64,000 nucleotides of DNA from Candidatus Nomurabacteria bacterium (GCA_023898465.1 CP060223.1:288001-352000), one strand, 5' to 3'; positions 15,752-26,051 are shown, counted from the stretch's first letter. Notes: generated by a model not told the origin, from the letters alone. Numbers and translations are program-made.

Positions 15752-17686
15752 ATGGCAAAAATTCTCGGAATCGATCTCGGTACGACCAACTCAGCAATGG
15801 CTGTAGTGGAGGGTGGTGAACCGAAAATCATTGAAAACAACGAAGGCAATCGCACGACACCTTCTATGGTGGCGATGGCCAAAAACGGCGAGCGCTTAGC
15901 TGGACAGCTGGCCAAGCGACAAGCGGTTACCAATCCAGAAAACACAATTTTCTCGGTCAAGCGTTTAATTGGACGCCACTGGGATGATGCAGAAGTGCAG
16001 CGTGATGTAAAAACCATGCCCTACAAGATTACTCAGGGCGGTGAAGGCGTGAAAGTGAAGCTGGGTGATAAGGAATACACCCCGCAGGAAATTTCCGCCA
16101 TGATCCTGCAGAAGTTAAAGGCAGACGCTGAGGAGCGCTTGGGCGAAAAAATCACTGAAGCGGTCATTACGGTTCCAGCCTACTTTGATGACAGTCAGCG
16201 CCAAGCTACCAAAGACGCGGGTCGCATTGCCGGCTTTGACGTGAAGCGCATTATTAACGAGCCAACTGCTGCAGCCTTGGCCTATGGCTTTAACAAGAAA
16301 AAGGATGAGAAGATCGCCGTGTATGACCTTGGCGGCGGTACTTTTGACATCTCTATTCTCGAAGTGTCAGCTGACACGGTGGAAGTGAAATCCACCAATG
16401 GTGACACGCACTTGGGCGGTGATGACTTTGACCAAGTGATTATTCACTGGATCATTGATGAGTTTAAGAAACTGGAAGGCATTGATCTGTCTAAGGACAC
16501 CCAAGCGCTCCAACGCTTAAAGGATTCAGCAGAAAAAGCCAAGCATGAGCTTTCCACTGCTATGGAAACAGAAATCAGTCAGCCTTTCATCACCACTGAT
16601 GCCAGCGGTCCAAAGCACTTGAGCTTGAAATTGACCCGGGCCAAACTCGAAGGCCTGGTAGGCGAGCTGGTTGAAAAAACCCTGGTGCCGGTCAAGCAGG
16701 CGCTGAAGGATGCCGGCCTAGAAGCCAGCGATATCAATGAAGTCATTATGGTTGGTGGACAGACACGCATGCCTTTGGTGCAAAAAACCGTTGAGCAATT
16801 CTTTGGCAAGAAACCACACCTGGGCGTGAACCCTGACGAAGTGGTCGCCCTCGGTGCTGCAGTGCAGGCCGGCGTGCTCCAAGGTGATGTGAAAGACGTG
16901 CTGCTACTCGACGTCACACCTTTGACCCTTGGCTTAGAAACCCTGGGCGGTGTAGCGACTCCTTTAATCGAGCGTAACACGACTGTGCCGACCTCGAAGT
17001 CGCAAACCTTCTCCACCGCAGCTGATAATCAGACCTCAGTGGAAATCCATGTGCTGCAGGGTGAGCGACCAATGGCCAGCGATAACAAGACCTTAGGCAA
17101 ATTTATCCTCTCTGGTATTCCACCAGCTCCTCGAGGTGTGCCGCAGGTTGAAGTGACCTTTGATATTGACGCCAATGGTATCCTGAACGTGAAGGCAAAA
17201 GATAAGGCCTCGGGCAAAGAGCAGTCGATTACCATTACTGCTTCCACGCAGCTCTCCAAAGATGAAATTGAGCGCATGCGTACCGAAGCTGAGTCACATG
17301 CGGAAGAGGATAAGAAAAAGCGCGAGTCAATTGAGCTGAAGAACCAGGCTGAAACCCTTATCTACACGGCTGAGAAAGCGCTCAAAGACGCTGGCGATAA
17401 AGTTACTGATGATGTGAAAAAAGAAGTGCAAGAGAAGATTGATGCCCTGAAGAAGGCGCAAGAAAGTGATGACGCCGCGCAAATCCAGCCAGCCCTTGAT
17501 GTGCTCAATCAAAGCATGCAAAAAATCGGCCAAGCCATGTACGGCCAGCAGCAGCCAGGTCAGCCCGGCGCTGAACAAGCTGGTCAAGATGCTGGAGCAG
17601 CCGGTCAGGCCTCTGAAGAACCCAAAACTGATAACGCCAAAGATAGCGATACGGTAGAGGGGAACTACGAGGAAGTAAAAAAATAA
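15752..17686 (+). CDS. dnaK: molecular chaperone DnaK (Hsp70)
   Basis: [17 protein letters not shown] and other Hsp70 signatures, 644 aa. Confidence 0.95.
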   Translation: MAKILGIDLGTTNSAMAVVEGGEPKIIENNEGNRTTPSMVAMAKNGERLAGQLAKRQAVTNPENTIFSVKRLIGRHWDDAEVQRDVKTMPYKITQGGEGVKVKLGDKEYTPQEISAMILQKLKADAEERLGEKITEAVITVPAYFDDSQRQATKDAGRIAGFDVKRIINEPTAAALAYGFNKKKDEKIAVYDLGGGTFDISILEVSADTVEVKSTNGDTHLGGDDFDQVIIHWIIDEFKKLEGIDLSKDTQALQRLKDSAEKAKHELSTAMETEISQPFITTDASGPKHLSLKLTRAKLEGLVGELVEKTLVPVKQALKDAGLEASDINEVIMVGGQTRMPLVQKTVEQFFGKKPHLGVNPDEVVALGAAVQAGVLQGDVKDVLLLDVTPLTLGLETLGGVATPLIERNTTVPTSKSQTFSTAADNQTSVEIHVLQGERPMASDNKTLGKFILSGIPPAPRGVPQVEVTFDIDANGILNVKAKDKASGKEQSITITASTQLSKDEIERMRTEAESHAEEDKKKRESIELKNQAETLIYTAEKALKDAGDKVTDDVKKEVQEKIDALKKAQESDDAAQIQPALDVLNQSMQKIGQAMYGQQQPGQPGAEQAGQDAGAAGQASEEPKTDNAKDSDTVEGNYEEVKK

Positions 17687-17755
17687 GCGCACTAACCCCG
17701 CCGTGTCTGCAAAGGCACGGCGGGATCGCAAATAATCTTCATAACTAGGAATACT

Positions 17756-18085
17756 ATGGCCAACAATTACAATATGCCCCCACAACAACAACGCCCGCAG
17801 ATTCAGATTAAGATTGCTGATGAGCAATTAAAAGGTGCTTACACCAACTCGGTGGCAGTTTTTCACTCCAAAGAGGAGTTTGTGCTTGATTTCATGAACG
17901 TGTATCCACCGCAAGGCATGGGCACGGTTGTCAGTCGCGTGATCACCAGCCCGGGACACATGAAGCGCCTCCTGGCAGCTCTGCAGGACAATATTGCCAA
18001 ATATGAGAAGCAACATGGTAAAATAGAAGAGGCAAAAACGCCTGACGCATCATTTGGCTTTAATACCGAAGAAAAGGATAAATAA
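17756..18085 (+). CDS. DUF3467-like protein
   Basis: YTNSVAVFHSKEEFVLDF motif characteristic of DUF3467. Located between dnaK and dnaJ. Confidence 0.5.
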   Translation: MANNYNMPPQQQRPQIQIKIADEQLKGAYTNSVAVFHSKEEFVLDFMNVYPPQGMGTVVSRVITSPGHMKRLLAALQDNIAKYEKQHGKIEEAKTPDASFGFNTEEKDK

Positions 18086-18337
18086 ATGGAAGAAGATAGT
18101 GAAAATAAATTAGTAAGCTGGAAAATAAAATTTATTTTTGGAGCCGTGATCGTGTCACTTTTTGCGGTTGAGGTAGGTGCTTTGTATGAACATGCGCCGA
18201 TGAATGATCATACAGGACCATGTAAGGTTATTGATTGCCATCAGGATCATACTGAAGAGTCTATATTTAACGGGGCAGTAAGTGGTATTTCTCCGTCAGG
18301 AACCATGGATTATACTGACCTTAACATTCCAAGCTAG
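18086..18337 (+). CDS. hypothetical small membrane protein
   Basis: 83-aa ORF with one TM segment. Start is adjacent to the previous stop. Confidence 0.35.
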   Translation: MEEDSENKLVSWKIKFIFGAVIVSLFAVEVGALYEHAPMNDHTGPCKVIDCHQDHTEESIFNGAVSGISPSGTMDYTDLNIPS

Positions 18338-18351
18338 TAGTTATAGTTATT

Positions 18352-19419
18352 ATGGCCTCGAAGCAAAACAAAAAAAAGAAAGAAGAGCCAGTCGCGCCTT
18401 TGCAATACCATCAGCGTAATCGTTTGATAGGGATATACGCCTTTGCGATTCTTGCTTGGGCAGGCTTTTGGTGGCTCATCCGGACGGCCTTTGCTGCAGA
18501 GATGCTACTTAGCGCAGAAACGCTTTGGCTCGTCAGTGGTGCTTTTGTGCTGTTTGGGCTTTCCCTTGGACTCTTTGGCTTGATGGCGGCAGTTGTTCGC
18601 ATACCGCGTTGGGGCGTTCTCTATGCCGCCGGAGCTGGGCTATTGCCGATCGCGTTTTTCCCTTTGAACCTTTTTACTTTGGCCGGAGCTTTACTGCTCA
18701 TGGCAGTGTGGTTTCGCTATTGGGCCATGGTAACGGAGGAGTCTGAGCATCGCATTCGCTTCAATCTAGTAAAAAGTGTTACCCACGGACTTGGTACGAT
18801 AATTTACCTGACCGTATTAAGTGTGGCCGTGTTTTATCTGGCCGTGACCAGTCAGTCGAATCAAACAAGCACGACATTTATTGATAACGTAACAAACTCC
18901 GCCTCTGATGCCGTCTTAGCAGTGCTGGATAATCAGCTGCCGGAATTTGATGCACAAATGACTTTGGATGCATTTATTACGCAGTATAGCGACCAGGATA
19001 TCACCGCCCTTTTACCTGAAAACTTTTTACCGGAAGACGTAAATAAATCCTTATTGGAAGAAAACACGCAGCAGAATATTGAAAACCTGGACGAAACCGC
19101 GCGGCAAGCAGCTATTGAAGAAGCGCGTACGCAGTTATTGCAAGCCTTGAATATTCACGCTGAGGGTAGTGACAGTATGGAAACGGTGGTGCGTCGCTTA
19201 GTGGAAGATAAACTGCAGCCGTTACTTGAGCGTTATGATACTGTTATCCCGCCAGTGCTCGCCTTAGCACTTTTCTCAGTCCTTTCCATCCTGGGCCTGG
19301 TGTATTTCTGGTGGATCGTGTTGTGGGCTTTCATTTGCTATGGTATCCTGCGAATTCTTCGCTGGGTGGAATTTGTTGAACATACGCAGACCGTCACCCG
19401 CGCGGAAATAAAGAACTGA
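18352..19419 (+). CDS. hypothetical polytopic membrane protein
   Basis: 355 aa with multiple hydrophobic helices and an acidic central region. Confidence 0.5.
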   Translation: MASKQNKKKKEEPVAPLQYHQRNRLIGIYAFAILAWAGFWWLIRTAFAAEMLLSAETLWLVSGAFVLFGLSLGLFGLMAAVVRIPRWGVLYAAGAGLLPIAFFPLNLFTLAGALLLMAVWFRYWAMVTEESEHRIRFNLVKSVTHGLGTIIYLTVLSVAVFYLAVTSQSNQTSTTFIDNVTNSASDAVLAVLDNQLPEFDAQMTLDAFITQYSDQDITALLPENFLPEDVNKSLLEENTQQNIENLDETARQAAIEEARTQLLQALNIHAEGSDSMETVVRRLVEDKLQPLLERYDTVIPPVLALALFSVLSILGLVYFWWIVLWAFICYGILRILRWVEFVEHTQTVTRAEIKN

Positions 19420-19423
19420 AGCT

Positions 19424-20530
19424 ATGGCTAGAGATTATTACGAAATCCTCGGCGTCAGCCGCAACGCCTCGCAGGATGATATTAAAAAAGCATATCGCAA
19501 ATTAGCGCATCAACACCACCCAGATAAAAAGGGCGGGGATGAGGCAAAGTTTAAAGAGGTAAACGAGGCCTACCAGGTATTAGGCAACGCGGACAAACGG
19601 GCCAAGTACGATCAATTTGGCAGTGCTGTGTTCCAAGGTGGCGGAGCAGGCCCGGGCGGCGCCCAGTGGTCTGATTTCGCGCGCGGTGGTGGTTTCGGCG
19701 GCGGACAAGCCTATGGCAATGTTGATTTTGGTGACCTGGGAGATATTTTTGGCGACATTTTTGGTTTTGGTGGGCAGCGAGGCGGCCGCGGGAGTCGTCA
19801 GCAGCGCGGGAATGACGTGGAAACTGAAGTCCATATCTCCTTGAAAGACGCTGCTTTTGGTGTAAGTAAGTCTTTAGAGCTGACACAAGATTTGCCTTGC
19901 AGCACCTGTAAAGGAAACGGCGCTAAGCCAGGCTCAAAAGTGGATACCTGCTCGACCTGCGGAGGCAGCGGGCAAGTCGCTCAAGTGCGTAACACCTTAT
20001 TCGGTGCTATGCAGACCGTGGGTGCCTGTCCAAATTGCCAGGGCGAGGGGACTATCGTGAAAGAAGCCTGTACCACCTGCCGAGGCAGTGGAGTTGAGCG
20101 ACGGAAGCGCACACTAAAAGTACAGATCCCGGCCGGAATCGCTGATGGGCAGAGTATACGTTTGAACGGCGAAGGACAGGCAGGCAAGCGGGGAGTCGCA
20201 CCTGGAGATTTATATGTCCGAGTACGCGTTGATATGGATGCGAGTTTCGAGCGACAAGGCGATGATCTCTACATGCGCGTTCCCGTGTCGGTTTCCCAAG
20301 CTGCCTTAGGCGATAGCATTCAGATTGCCACCATCGATGGAGAAGTGAAGCTTGATATCCCGTCCGGTACGCAGCCAAATAGCAAGATACGCCTGAAGGG
20401 TAAGGGTATGACTCATCTGCGCTCCCGCGGCCGCGGCGATCTTTACGTTGTGGTGAAAGTGGAGATTCCAAAGAAGCTGAGCAAGGAAGCGAAAAAGGCG
20501 CTGGAGGTGTTGCGCGGCGAGGGGGTTTAG
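19424..20530 (+). CDS. dnaJ: chaperone DnaJ
   Basis: J-domain (YYEILGV...HPDKK), Gly/Phe-rich linker, four CxxCxGxG zinc-finger repeats. Confidence 0.9.
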   Translation: MARDYYEILGVSRNASQDDIKKAYRKLAHQHHPDKKGGDEAKFKEVNEAYQVLGNADKRAKYDQFGSAVFQGGGAGPGGAQWSDFARGGGFGGGQAYGNVDFGDLGDIFGDIFGFGGQRGGRGSRQQRGNDVETEVHISLKDAAFGVSKSLELTQDLPCSTCKGNGAKPGSKVDTCSTCGGSGQVAQVRNTLFGAMQTVGACPNCQGEGTIVKEACTTCRGSGVERRKRTLKVQIPAGIADGQSIRLNGEGQAGKRGVAPGDLYVRVRVDMDASFERQGDDLYMRVPVSVSQAALGDSIQIATIDGEVKLDIPSGTQPNSKIRLKGKGMTHLRSRGRGDLYVVVKVEIPKKLSKEAKKALEVLRGEGV

Positions 20531-20537
20531 TTTCATA

Positions 20538-20569
20538 GACAAGGCGTCCCGGCCTTGTCGTAGTTTTTT
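20538..20569 (+). terminator. rho-independent terminator after dnaJ
   Basis: GACAAGGC-loop-GCCTTGTC 8-bp stem followed by TAGTTTTTTG. Confidence 0.6.
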
Positions 20570-20757
20570 GTTATTCCATCCCGCCCTCACCGTGTTGTTA
20601 TAAGTAACTGCTCAAAGTACCACCTTTGAGCAGTAGTAGCGCTCCTCCCTGAACGTGGTAGTTCATGGAGTTGGGTAGTTCTTGCGTGAAGGTATGCGCT
20701 CTGCTACCATACGGGCGTTTTCACGTTCCTTAGGAGTGAATCAAGAGGAGGGAGCAC

Positions 20758-21081
20758 ATGTCCTGCACTTTTACCTTTCCCGTACCCAAGGGCGTCACGG
20801 AGTTTCGGATCACCACACCCAATTCTGAGAAACTGGCCGGCACCGGACCTCGCTGGGTGGAGGTCAAGGAAGGCTGGACCAGATCCTACAAGCCGATCGA
20901 GGGTGGGCCTGGTACCATCAGAGTGACCAAGGTTGGTCAGGTGCGAGGCGGACACCGTATGGTGACCGTCGAGCTGGTCGACATGACCGCCACCTACGAG
21001 GCGGTGCTGCACTGCAAGCCGGCACCGAGCCAGGCAGTGCAGGAGGCCAGACAGGAGGTCCCGGTCGCCCAAGCATCCTAG
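20758..21081 (+). CDS. GC-rich small protein (107 aa), probably horizontally acquired
   Basis: About 62% GC with strong GC3 bias in a ~47% GC genome. GGAGGG RBS and its own downstream terminator. Confidence 0.5.
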   Translation: MSCTFTFPVPKGVTEFRITTPNSEKLAGTGPRWVEVKEGWTRSYKPIEGGPGTIRVTKVGQVRGGHRMVTVELVDMTATYEAVLHCKPAPSQAVQEARQEVPVAQAS

Positions 21082-21103
21082 CTTCTCGACGCGCATAGTC
21101 CAC

Positions 21104-21137
21104 AACGGCCTAGTATTGCACTGGGCCGTTTTCTTTT
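21104..21137 (+). terminator. rho-independent terminator after the GC-rich ORF
   Basis: AACGGCC-loop-GGCCGTT stem followed by TTCTTTT. Confidence 0.55.
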
Positions 21138-21199
21138 ACGCGTTCATTGCAGCAGATTCGCGATTGTGGTATAATGCAAATAGATAAACACATACACAC

Positions 21200-21745
21200 A
21201 TGGGGGAAGCACAACAATTTGTCGCAAATATTGACTGGGCCACGCCTACTTGGGATTTATTCATCATCCTCTTCTTTGTGGTGGCTGGTTTGCTCTATGG
21301 TTTGAGTCTTGGTCGCGATCGCATTGTGGTTATCTTGGTGTCGATTTATATGGCTATGGCAGTGGCAACTACCGCGCCCTATATTGGCGAGTTAAATGCG
21401 CAAATCGGCATTCAGAATGTGTTTGTGTTCCAAATCTCCGCCTTCCTCGTTGCCTTTATTGCGCTTTTTCTGCTCTTGTCGCGCTCAGCCTTGCTCAAAA
21501 CAATTGCTGTTGGTGATGCGCAAGGCAGCTGGTGGCAGGTGCTGGTCTTCAGCATTCTCCATGTTGGCTTATTGGTGAGCATTACTTTGTCCTTTTTGCC
21601 GCCTGAAGCAGCTGAGGGTCTGTCACCACTCACACGTCAAATGTTTGCCTCCGAGGGCGCTCGCTTTGGCTGGATTATTGCGCCGATTATCTTAATGGTG
21701 CTCTTGCGCACGGATAACAAAAAGAAGTTTAAGTACGATATGTAG
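21200..21745 (+). CDS. CvpA-like small membrane protein (hypothetical)
   Basis: 181 aa with four predicted TM helices. Size and topology resemble the CvpA family. Confidence 0.35.
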   Translation: MGEAQQFVANIDWATPTWDLFIILFFVVAGLLYGLSLGRDRIVVILVSIYMAMAVATTAPYIGELNAQIGIQNVFVFQISAFLVAFIALFLLLSRSALLKTIAVGDAQGSWWQVLVFSILHVGLLVSITLSFLPPEAAEGLSPLTRQMFASEGARFGWIIAPIILMVLLRTDNKKKFKYDM

Positions 21746-21829
21746 GAGAAATTCGAAATACTAATTTCGAAAATCAAAACAAATACTAAATCCGAATAAT
21801 ACAGAAGGAGGAATTGAGTCCCTAGAAAT

Positions 21830-22828
21830 TTATTTTTCCACTGCTGTGACCTCCTGCGGGAGGATTTTTTCTATTTGCTCAACTGATTCCACTTGTACGA
21901 GTTTTTGACGCAAGGCAGAGGCGCCTTCGATTCCGCGGATGTACCAGGTGAGATGCTTGCGAATTTCAAACATGCCGCGGCGTCCTTTTCGTTCATAGAG
22001 TAGTTCAGCATGTCGGAGCATGAGCGCGCGGATTTCCGGCCAGCTGATTGGATCGTAGGATCCACTTTCTAAATACTGACGCGTTTGACGGAAAATCCAC
22101 GCCTGTCCCTGGCTGCCACGGGCAATACCCACTCCATCAGCACCAGTTTGCTCGAGCATGCGTTTTGTATCCTCAGGTGTTTTAATACCCCCGTTCGCGA
22201 GTACTAATCCTTTGAAACGCTGCTTCACTGCTTGAATCATTTCAGTGTCTACTTCGCCACTATGACCCATTTCATATGAACGTCCGTGGATCATGATAGT
22301 GCTGACCGGGAGATCTTCAATTGCCTCGACGAGATCTAGGGCAGTATAACGCTCTTGGCATCCCGGGTCTTCTTCCTTACTTCGCTTGCGTATACTCGAA
22401 CGCACTTTAATAGAGAGGGGGATGGATACGCTGCCTAAAACAGATTCAATAAGCGCACGACAATAGGCTGGTTTGCGAAGCAGTGCCGCGCCAGAGCCGT
22501 GGCCCACCACCTTACGAGCCGGGCAGCCAAAGTTAATATCAATGCCGGAAAATCCGCGCGCCTCCACCTCTTTAGCTGCTTTTGCAAAAGCCTCGATGTC
22601 GTGTCCAAAGATTTGACAGACCACCGGTTGCTCAGCCGGATCAAAATCCATTTTCGCCAAAGCGGTGCGACCGCGATGTGCGATTGCGTCAGAAGAAATA
22701 AATTCGGTATATGCAACGGCAGCTCCTTGTTCGCGACAAAGCTGACGAAATGCCGAATCAGTCACGCCCTCCATGGGTGCCAGGGCGATAATCGGCTGCT
22801 TGAGTTGTGTCCAAAAGTTAGTAGCCAT
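21830..22828 (-). CDS. dusB: tRNA-dihydrouridine synthase
   Basis: ALAPMEGVTD, IDINFGCP motifs of the Dus family TIM barrel. Confidence 0.85.
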   Translation of the reverse strand: MATNFWTQLKQPIIALAPMEGVTDSAFRQLCREQGAAVAYTEFISSDAIAHRGRTALAKMDFDPAEQPVVCQIFGHDIEAFAKAAKEVEARGFSGIDINFGCPARKVVGHGSGAALLRKPAYCRALIESVLGSVSIPLSIKVRSSIRKRSKEEDPGCQERYTALDLVEAIEDLPVSTIMIHGRSYEMGHSGEVDTEMIQAVKQRFKGLVLANGGIKTPEDTKRMLEQTGADGVGIARGSQGQAWIFRQTRQYLESGSYDPISWPEIRALMLRHAELLYERKGRRGMFEIRKHLTWYIRGIEGASALRQKLVQVESVEQIEKILPQEVTAVEK

Positions 22829-22949
22829 ACGCAGATGCCCACTTTTCCTACCACGTTTTTGCTCTGCCGGTCAATACAAAGCGTGTGTGTCATTGACTTT
22901 TCGCTTGAGGCGAGTTAGCGTTTTGTTAGACCTTTACAGGGAGGGAAGT

Positions 22950-23216
22950 ATGGCTTCACTGCAGGTTTTTGTGCAAGAGGGCTCCAGGAAGCTCGTGCCT
23001 TTGGAAATCGTACTGGACGGAGGGCGTTTGACCTTCCGGGTGATTACCTCGCTCGGAGAAATGGGGGATACTGAGGCGCGCAGTGTGCTTGCCTCCTTGG
23101 TGGAGACCTGCCAAGGCGAGGGCTTGGCGTATACTCCAGAGTGCATTCGGGATGGAGATCGGCATGTGATCGACATGCTCTTTTTTACCCTGAATGCAAA
23201 GCCCACCACCTCGTGA
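22950..23216 (+). CDS. GC-rich small hypothetical protein (88 aa)
   Basis: Internal ATG preceded by an AGGGAGGGA RBS. About 55% GC. Confidence 0.35.
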   Translation: MASLQVFVQEGSRKLVPLEIVLDGGRLTFRVITSLGEMGDTEARSVLASLVETCQGEGLAYTPECIRDGDRHVIDMLFFTLNAKPTTS

Positions 23217-23264
23217 GTGGAGGAGATGATCAGAAACGTCTCGGTTATACCGGGGCGTTTTCCT

Positions 23265-24362
23265 TTAGACGTCGCGTACTCGGAATGACTTCCAGGCCAG
23301 TAAGAAGGACAGGAGAATCCAGCCACCCAGGATGCTGAACTCATAACCGAAGTCACTTATTGGGCTGCCATTTACTGCTACGCCACGTAAGACCTTGAGC
23401 AGTGAAGTGAGTGGCAAGAAGTCAACAATCCGTTCCACAGCTGGTGGTAACATGTCAGGCGAGAAAAAGACGCCAGACAAGAACATCATCGGCGTGGTGA
23501 AAGCATTAGACATTGCCTCAGCAGTATTCACTGTTTTTGCTTGTCCAGCCACAAAGAATCCGATGTTGAGGAAGACGATTGTGCCAATAAGTGTAACCAG
23601 AGTAAGCAGTAACAAGCTGCCGTGAATTTCGACACCAAAGACTAAGCGGGCCACGCTGAGAATTACCGTGATCTGCATTAAAGACAGCACGAGATAAGAT
23701 CCAACCTCAGCCACTAAGAAATTTCGTACCTTAATCGGCGTAGCTAATAAACGCTTGAGGATTTTTCGTTCACGATAGCGCGTAATGCCCACAGCAATAC
23801 CAATGATGGCCGAGAACATGATAGCCATGCCCAGGATGCCCGGGGTAAGGAAATCGAGGTATTTCACATCTTGACCCTGCACACCCTCGGTTGCCACGGT
23901 GAAAATAGGTTGGGCGCCCGCGATTTGCAGATTTACCTTATTTAAAAAGTCATTAAGCACGCTGACGATAATACCGCTCTGCTGATTTGTTTCATCCAGT
24001 ATAACGGTGAAGTTGAGCGGCTCAGTTACTTCATTTTGGGGGACTTGGCCATAGGCGTCTGGGATAACAATAATCCCATCGAGCTCACCATCTTTCATGC
24101 TTTGCACCGCCTCATCCTTATTCGTAATATCGGATTCAGTGAAAATTTCTAAGGAGAACATTTGCTCGCGCAGCATTTGAGAGGATTCAGTTTGTGCCTC
24201 ATCAATCACTGCAATATCAAAGGAGGCTGGAGCATCAAAATTAAATAAGCCAAAAATAACTAGGAAGAGCAGGGGAAAGACCAGCGACCAAAAGAGAGAC
24301 TGCCGGTCGCGAAACAGCATTTTGAGGTTGGAAAGGAAAAGCCTCCAGGTAGGGTTATTCAC
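23265..24362 (-). CDS. ABC-2 type transporter permease
   Basis: 365 aa: N-terminal TM, large extracytoplasmic loop, then a 5-TM ABC-2 membrane domain. Overlaps the ATPase gene. Confidence 0.7.
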   Translation of the reverse strand: MNNPTWRLFLSNLKMLFRDRQSLFWSLVFPLLFLVIFGLFNFDAPASFDIAVIDEAQTESSQMLREQMFSLEIFTESDITNKDEAVQSMKDGELDGIIVIPDAYGQVPQNEVTEPLNFTVILDETNQQSGIIVSVLNDFLNKVNLQIAGAQPIFTVATEGVQGQDVKYLDFLTPGILGMAIMFSAIIGIAVGITRYRERKILKRLLATPIKVRNFLVAEVGSYLVLSLMQITVILSVARLVFGVEIHGSLLLLTLVTLIGTIVFLNIGFFVAGQAKTVNTAEAMSNAFTTPMMFLSGVFFSPDMLPPAVERIVDFLPLTSLLKVLRGVAVNGSPISDFGYEFSILGGWILLSFLLAWKSFRVRDV

Positions 24363-25320
24363 GGAGTTTGCTCCCGGTTAAGTGCAAGAAGACATCCTCC
24401 AAGGTTGCTCGAGTGACTTCAATATCTTCCAAGTGCATTTGATGCTGCTCAGCCCAACGGATGAGTGGAGGGAGTACGGCTGAGGCGTGAGTTATTTGTA
24501 ATCGGTATGAGTTTGGCTCACCGTTCATTTCAGCTTTGATGACACCTTCCATGTTAGTGAATTCACTCACTTCTACAGCCTGCGGTGTTTTAAAAGCAAG
24601 ATGGGCAGACGCGTCCAGCTGATCAATCAGTGCCTTAGGCGTATCCAAAGCTACAATCTTACCGTGATCTATGACGCCAATACGATCACAAAGCTCCTCA
24701 GCTTCTTCCATATAGTGGGTGGTGAGGACGACGGTCTTGCCTTGTTCCTTAATCTTGCGAATGAATTGCCACATATGCCGACGCGCCTGTGGGTCCAGAC
24801 CAGTGGTCGGCTCATCCAAGAATACAATCTCCGGATCATTCACTAGGCTAACGGCAATTGAGAAACGTTGCTGCTGACCGCCGGATAATTCCTTTACCAG
24901 TGCTTTTCGCTTTTCGTAGAGGTCAACAATCTTCAGTAGCTCCTCAGCATTTTTTTGCTTTGGGTAAAAAGTGCCAAACAGTTTCAAAATTTCTTCCAGT
25001 GACAGGTAATCGTAAAAAGATGATGACTGTAGTTGGATACCAATGCGTTGCTTTACTTTTTCTACCTCGTGATGAGAATCAAAGCCAAGCACCTTGGCTG
25101 AGCCTCGGGTGGGTACTTGCAGGCCTTCAATTATTTCCAGTGTGGTGGTTTTCCCGGCGCCATTAGGACCCAGGAAGCCAAAAATTTCACCTTGGGCCAC
25201 TTGGAAACTAATGCCGTCCACTGCAGTAAGTTTGCCTGAGCCTTTACCCGGGAGAGGAAATTCTTTGACTAGTTCTTGTACTTCGATGACAGACATAAAG
25301 CAAAGGGGAGTGTAGTACAT
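24355..25320 (-). CDS. ABC transporter ATP-binding protein
   Basis: Walker A GPNGAGKTT, signature LSGGQQQR, Walker B LDEPTTGLD. Confidence 0.9.
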   Translation of the reverse strand: MYYTPLCFMSVIEVQELVKEFPLPGKGSGKLTAVDGISFQVAQGEIFGFLGPNGAGKTTTLEIIEGLQVPTRGSAKVLGFDSHHEVEKVKQRIGIQLQSSSFYDYLSLEEILKLFGTFYPKQKNAEELLKIVDLYEKRKALVKELSGGQQQRFSIAVSLVNDPEIVFLDEPTTGLDPQARRHMWQFIRKIKEQGKTVVLTTHYMEEAEELCDRIGVIDHGKIVALDTPKALIDQLDASAHLAFKTPQAVEVSEFTNMEGVIKAEMNGEPNSYRLQITHASAVLPPLIRWAEQHQMHLEDIEVTRATLEDVFLHLTGSKLRE

Positions 25321-25871
25321 TCAAATGTGGGTGTAAAGGGAGCATTTGACATATTTTCATATTGTTTTATCCTTAGTCAGGATCTTTCGAAGAAATCAAT
25401 AGAGATGGCCTAACCCGCTCTTGGGGTTGAAGTCAACGTTGTTGCATTTCTCGGGTCCCTTTGGGACTCATGCAACCGATCGACAAACTGTTCTTCGGAA
25501 CAGGGGTCTGAGCCAAAACCAGTGTCGTGTACGTTGTACGACGTTGCGACTCTGGGGTTGTGGGGCATGCAGTAGAGTTCCGTACAGAAACTCATCGAGT
25601 AAGAAAATCGAGGGTTGAGAAGCCCCACGATCTCGACTAGCATGTACCCTGGACTTCGGTCCGCTGGGTGTTCGTCCCTTCGTGGTATATCGGCCTTCAT
25701 GGTCGAGCGCACATCCATGGCTAAACAATAGAAAGATCCTTTTGACCAGGACCTAGTCCTGTGCTCTCGAGGGGTGACACCACGTGTGCTCACCCCTCTC
25801 TTTCTTGCTTGTTTTCTGCTTCTCGCCTAGACTGACCATAGCTCTTTTGTTTCGTCGATCGAGGAGGGACC

Positions 25872-26051
25872 ATGAGGTTGTTTCTTCTTTGTGTCACCAT
25901 CGTCGCCCTGCCAAGCATGTTTGGCTATGCGGTGCTATGGGCGAGTGCTCGAGGAGCAAAGGCCATCGAGGATGAGCTCCCTGACGACAGGGAAGGGCGG
26001 CGGGCAGCTCATTTGGCCAGATCGCTTGATCCACCTTTTCCTGACTACTAA
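25872..26051 (+). CDS. small secreted/membrane peptide (59 aa) not in the supplied ORF track
   Basis: ATG preceded by a GAGGAGGGA RBS. Hydrophobic N-terminus (MRLFLLCVTIVALPSMFGYAVLWASA). GC-rich. Followed by a terminator. Confidence 0.4.
   Translation: MRLFLLCVTIVALPSMFGYAVLWASARGAKAIEDELPDDREGRRAAHLARSLDPPFPDY

Noticed and set aside
16579-17827. Antisense ORFs inside dnaK (16579..17016 -, 17029..17277 -, 17327..17827 -)
   Set aside because: Shadow frames of a highly conserved gene.
20052-20590. Antisense ORFs within dnaJ (20052..20471 -, 20306..20590 -)
   Set aside because: Shadow ORFs typical of a GC-rich Gly-codon-rich coding strand.
21845-21870. Hairpin CCTCC-TGCG-GGAGG plus T-tract as a separate feature
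   Set aside because: It lies within the last codons of dusB on the opposite strand. It probably serves as the terminator for the convergent CvpA-like gene, but is not reported separately because of the overlap.
25390-25870. tmRNA, SRP RNA, 6S RNA or group I intron identity for the structured region
   Set aside because: By eye the conserved tmRNA ends, the SRP helix-8 AGGAAGCAGC motif and the group I P/Q elements were not found. Only a 6-bp P7-like pairing was seen, which is within chance. Left as unclassified.
25410-25975. ORFs 25410..25793 (-) and 25784..25975 (+) inside the GC-rich structured region
   Set aside because: Their translations lack protein-like hydrophobic periodicity, and long ORFs are expected by chance in GC-rich DNA. 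The RBS-preceded 59-codon frame at 25872 is the better coding candidate.
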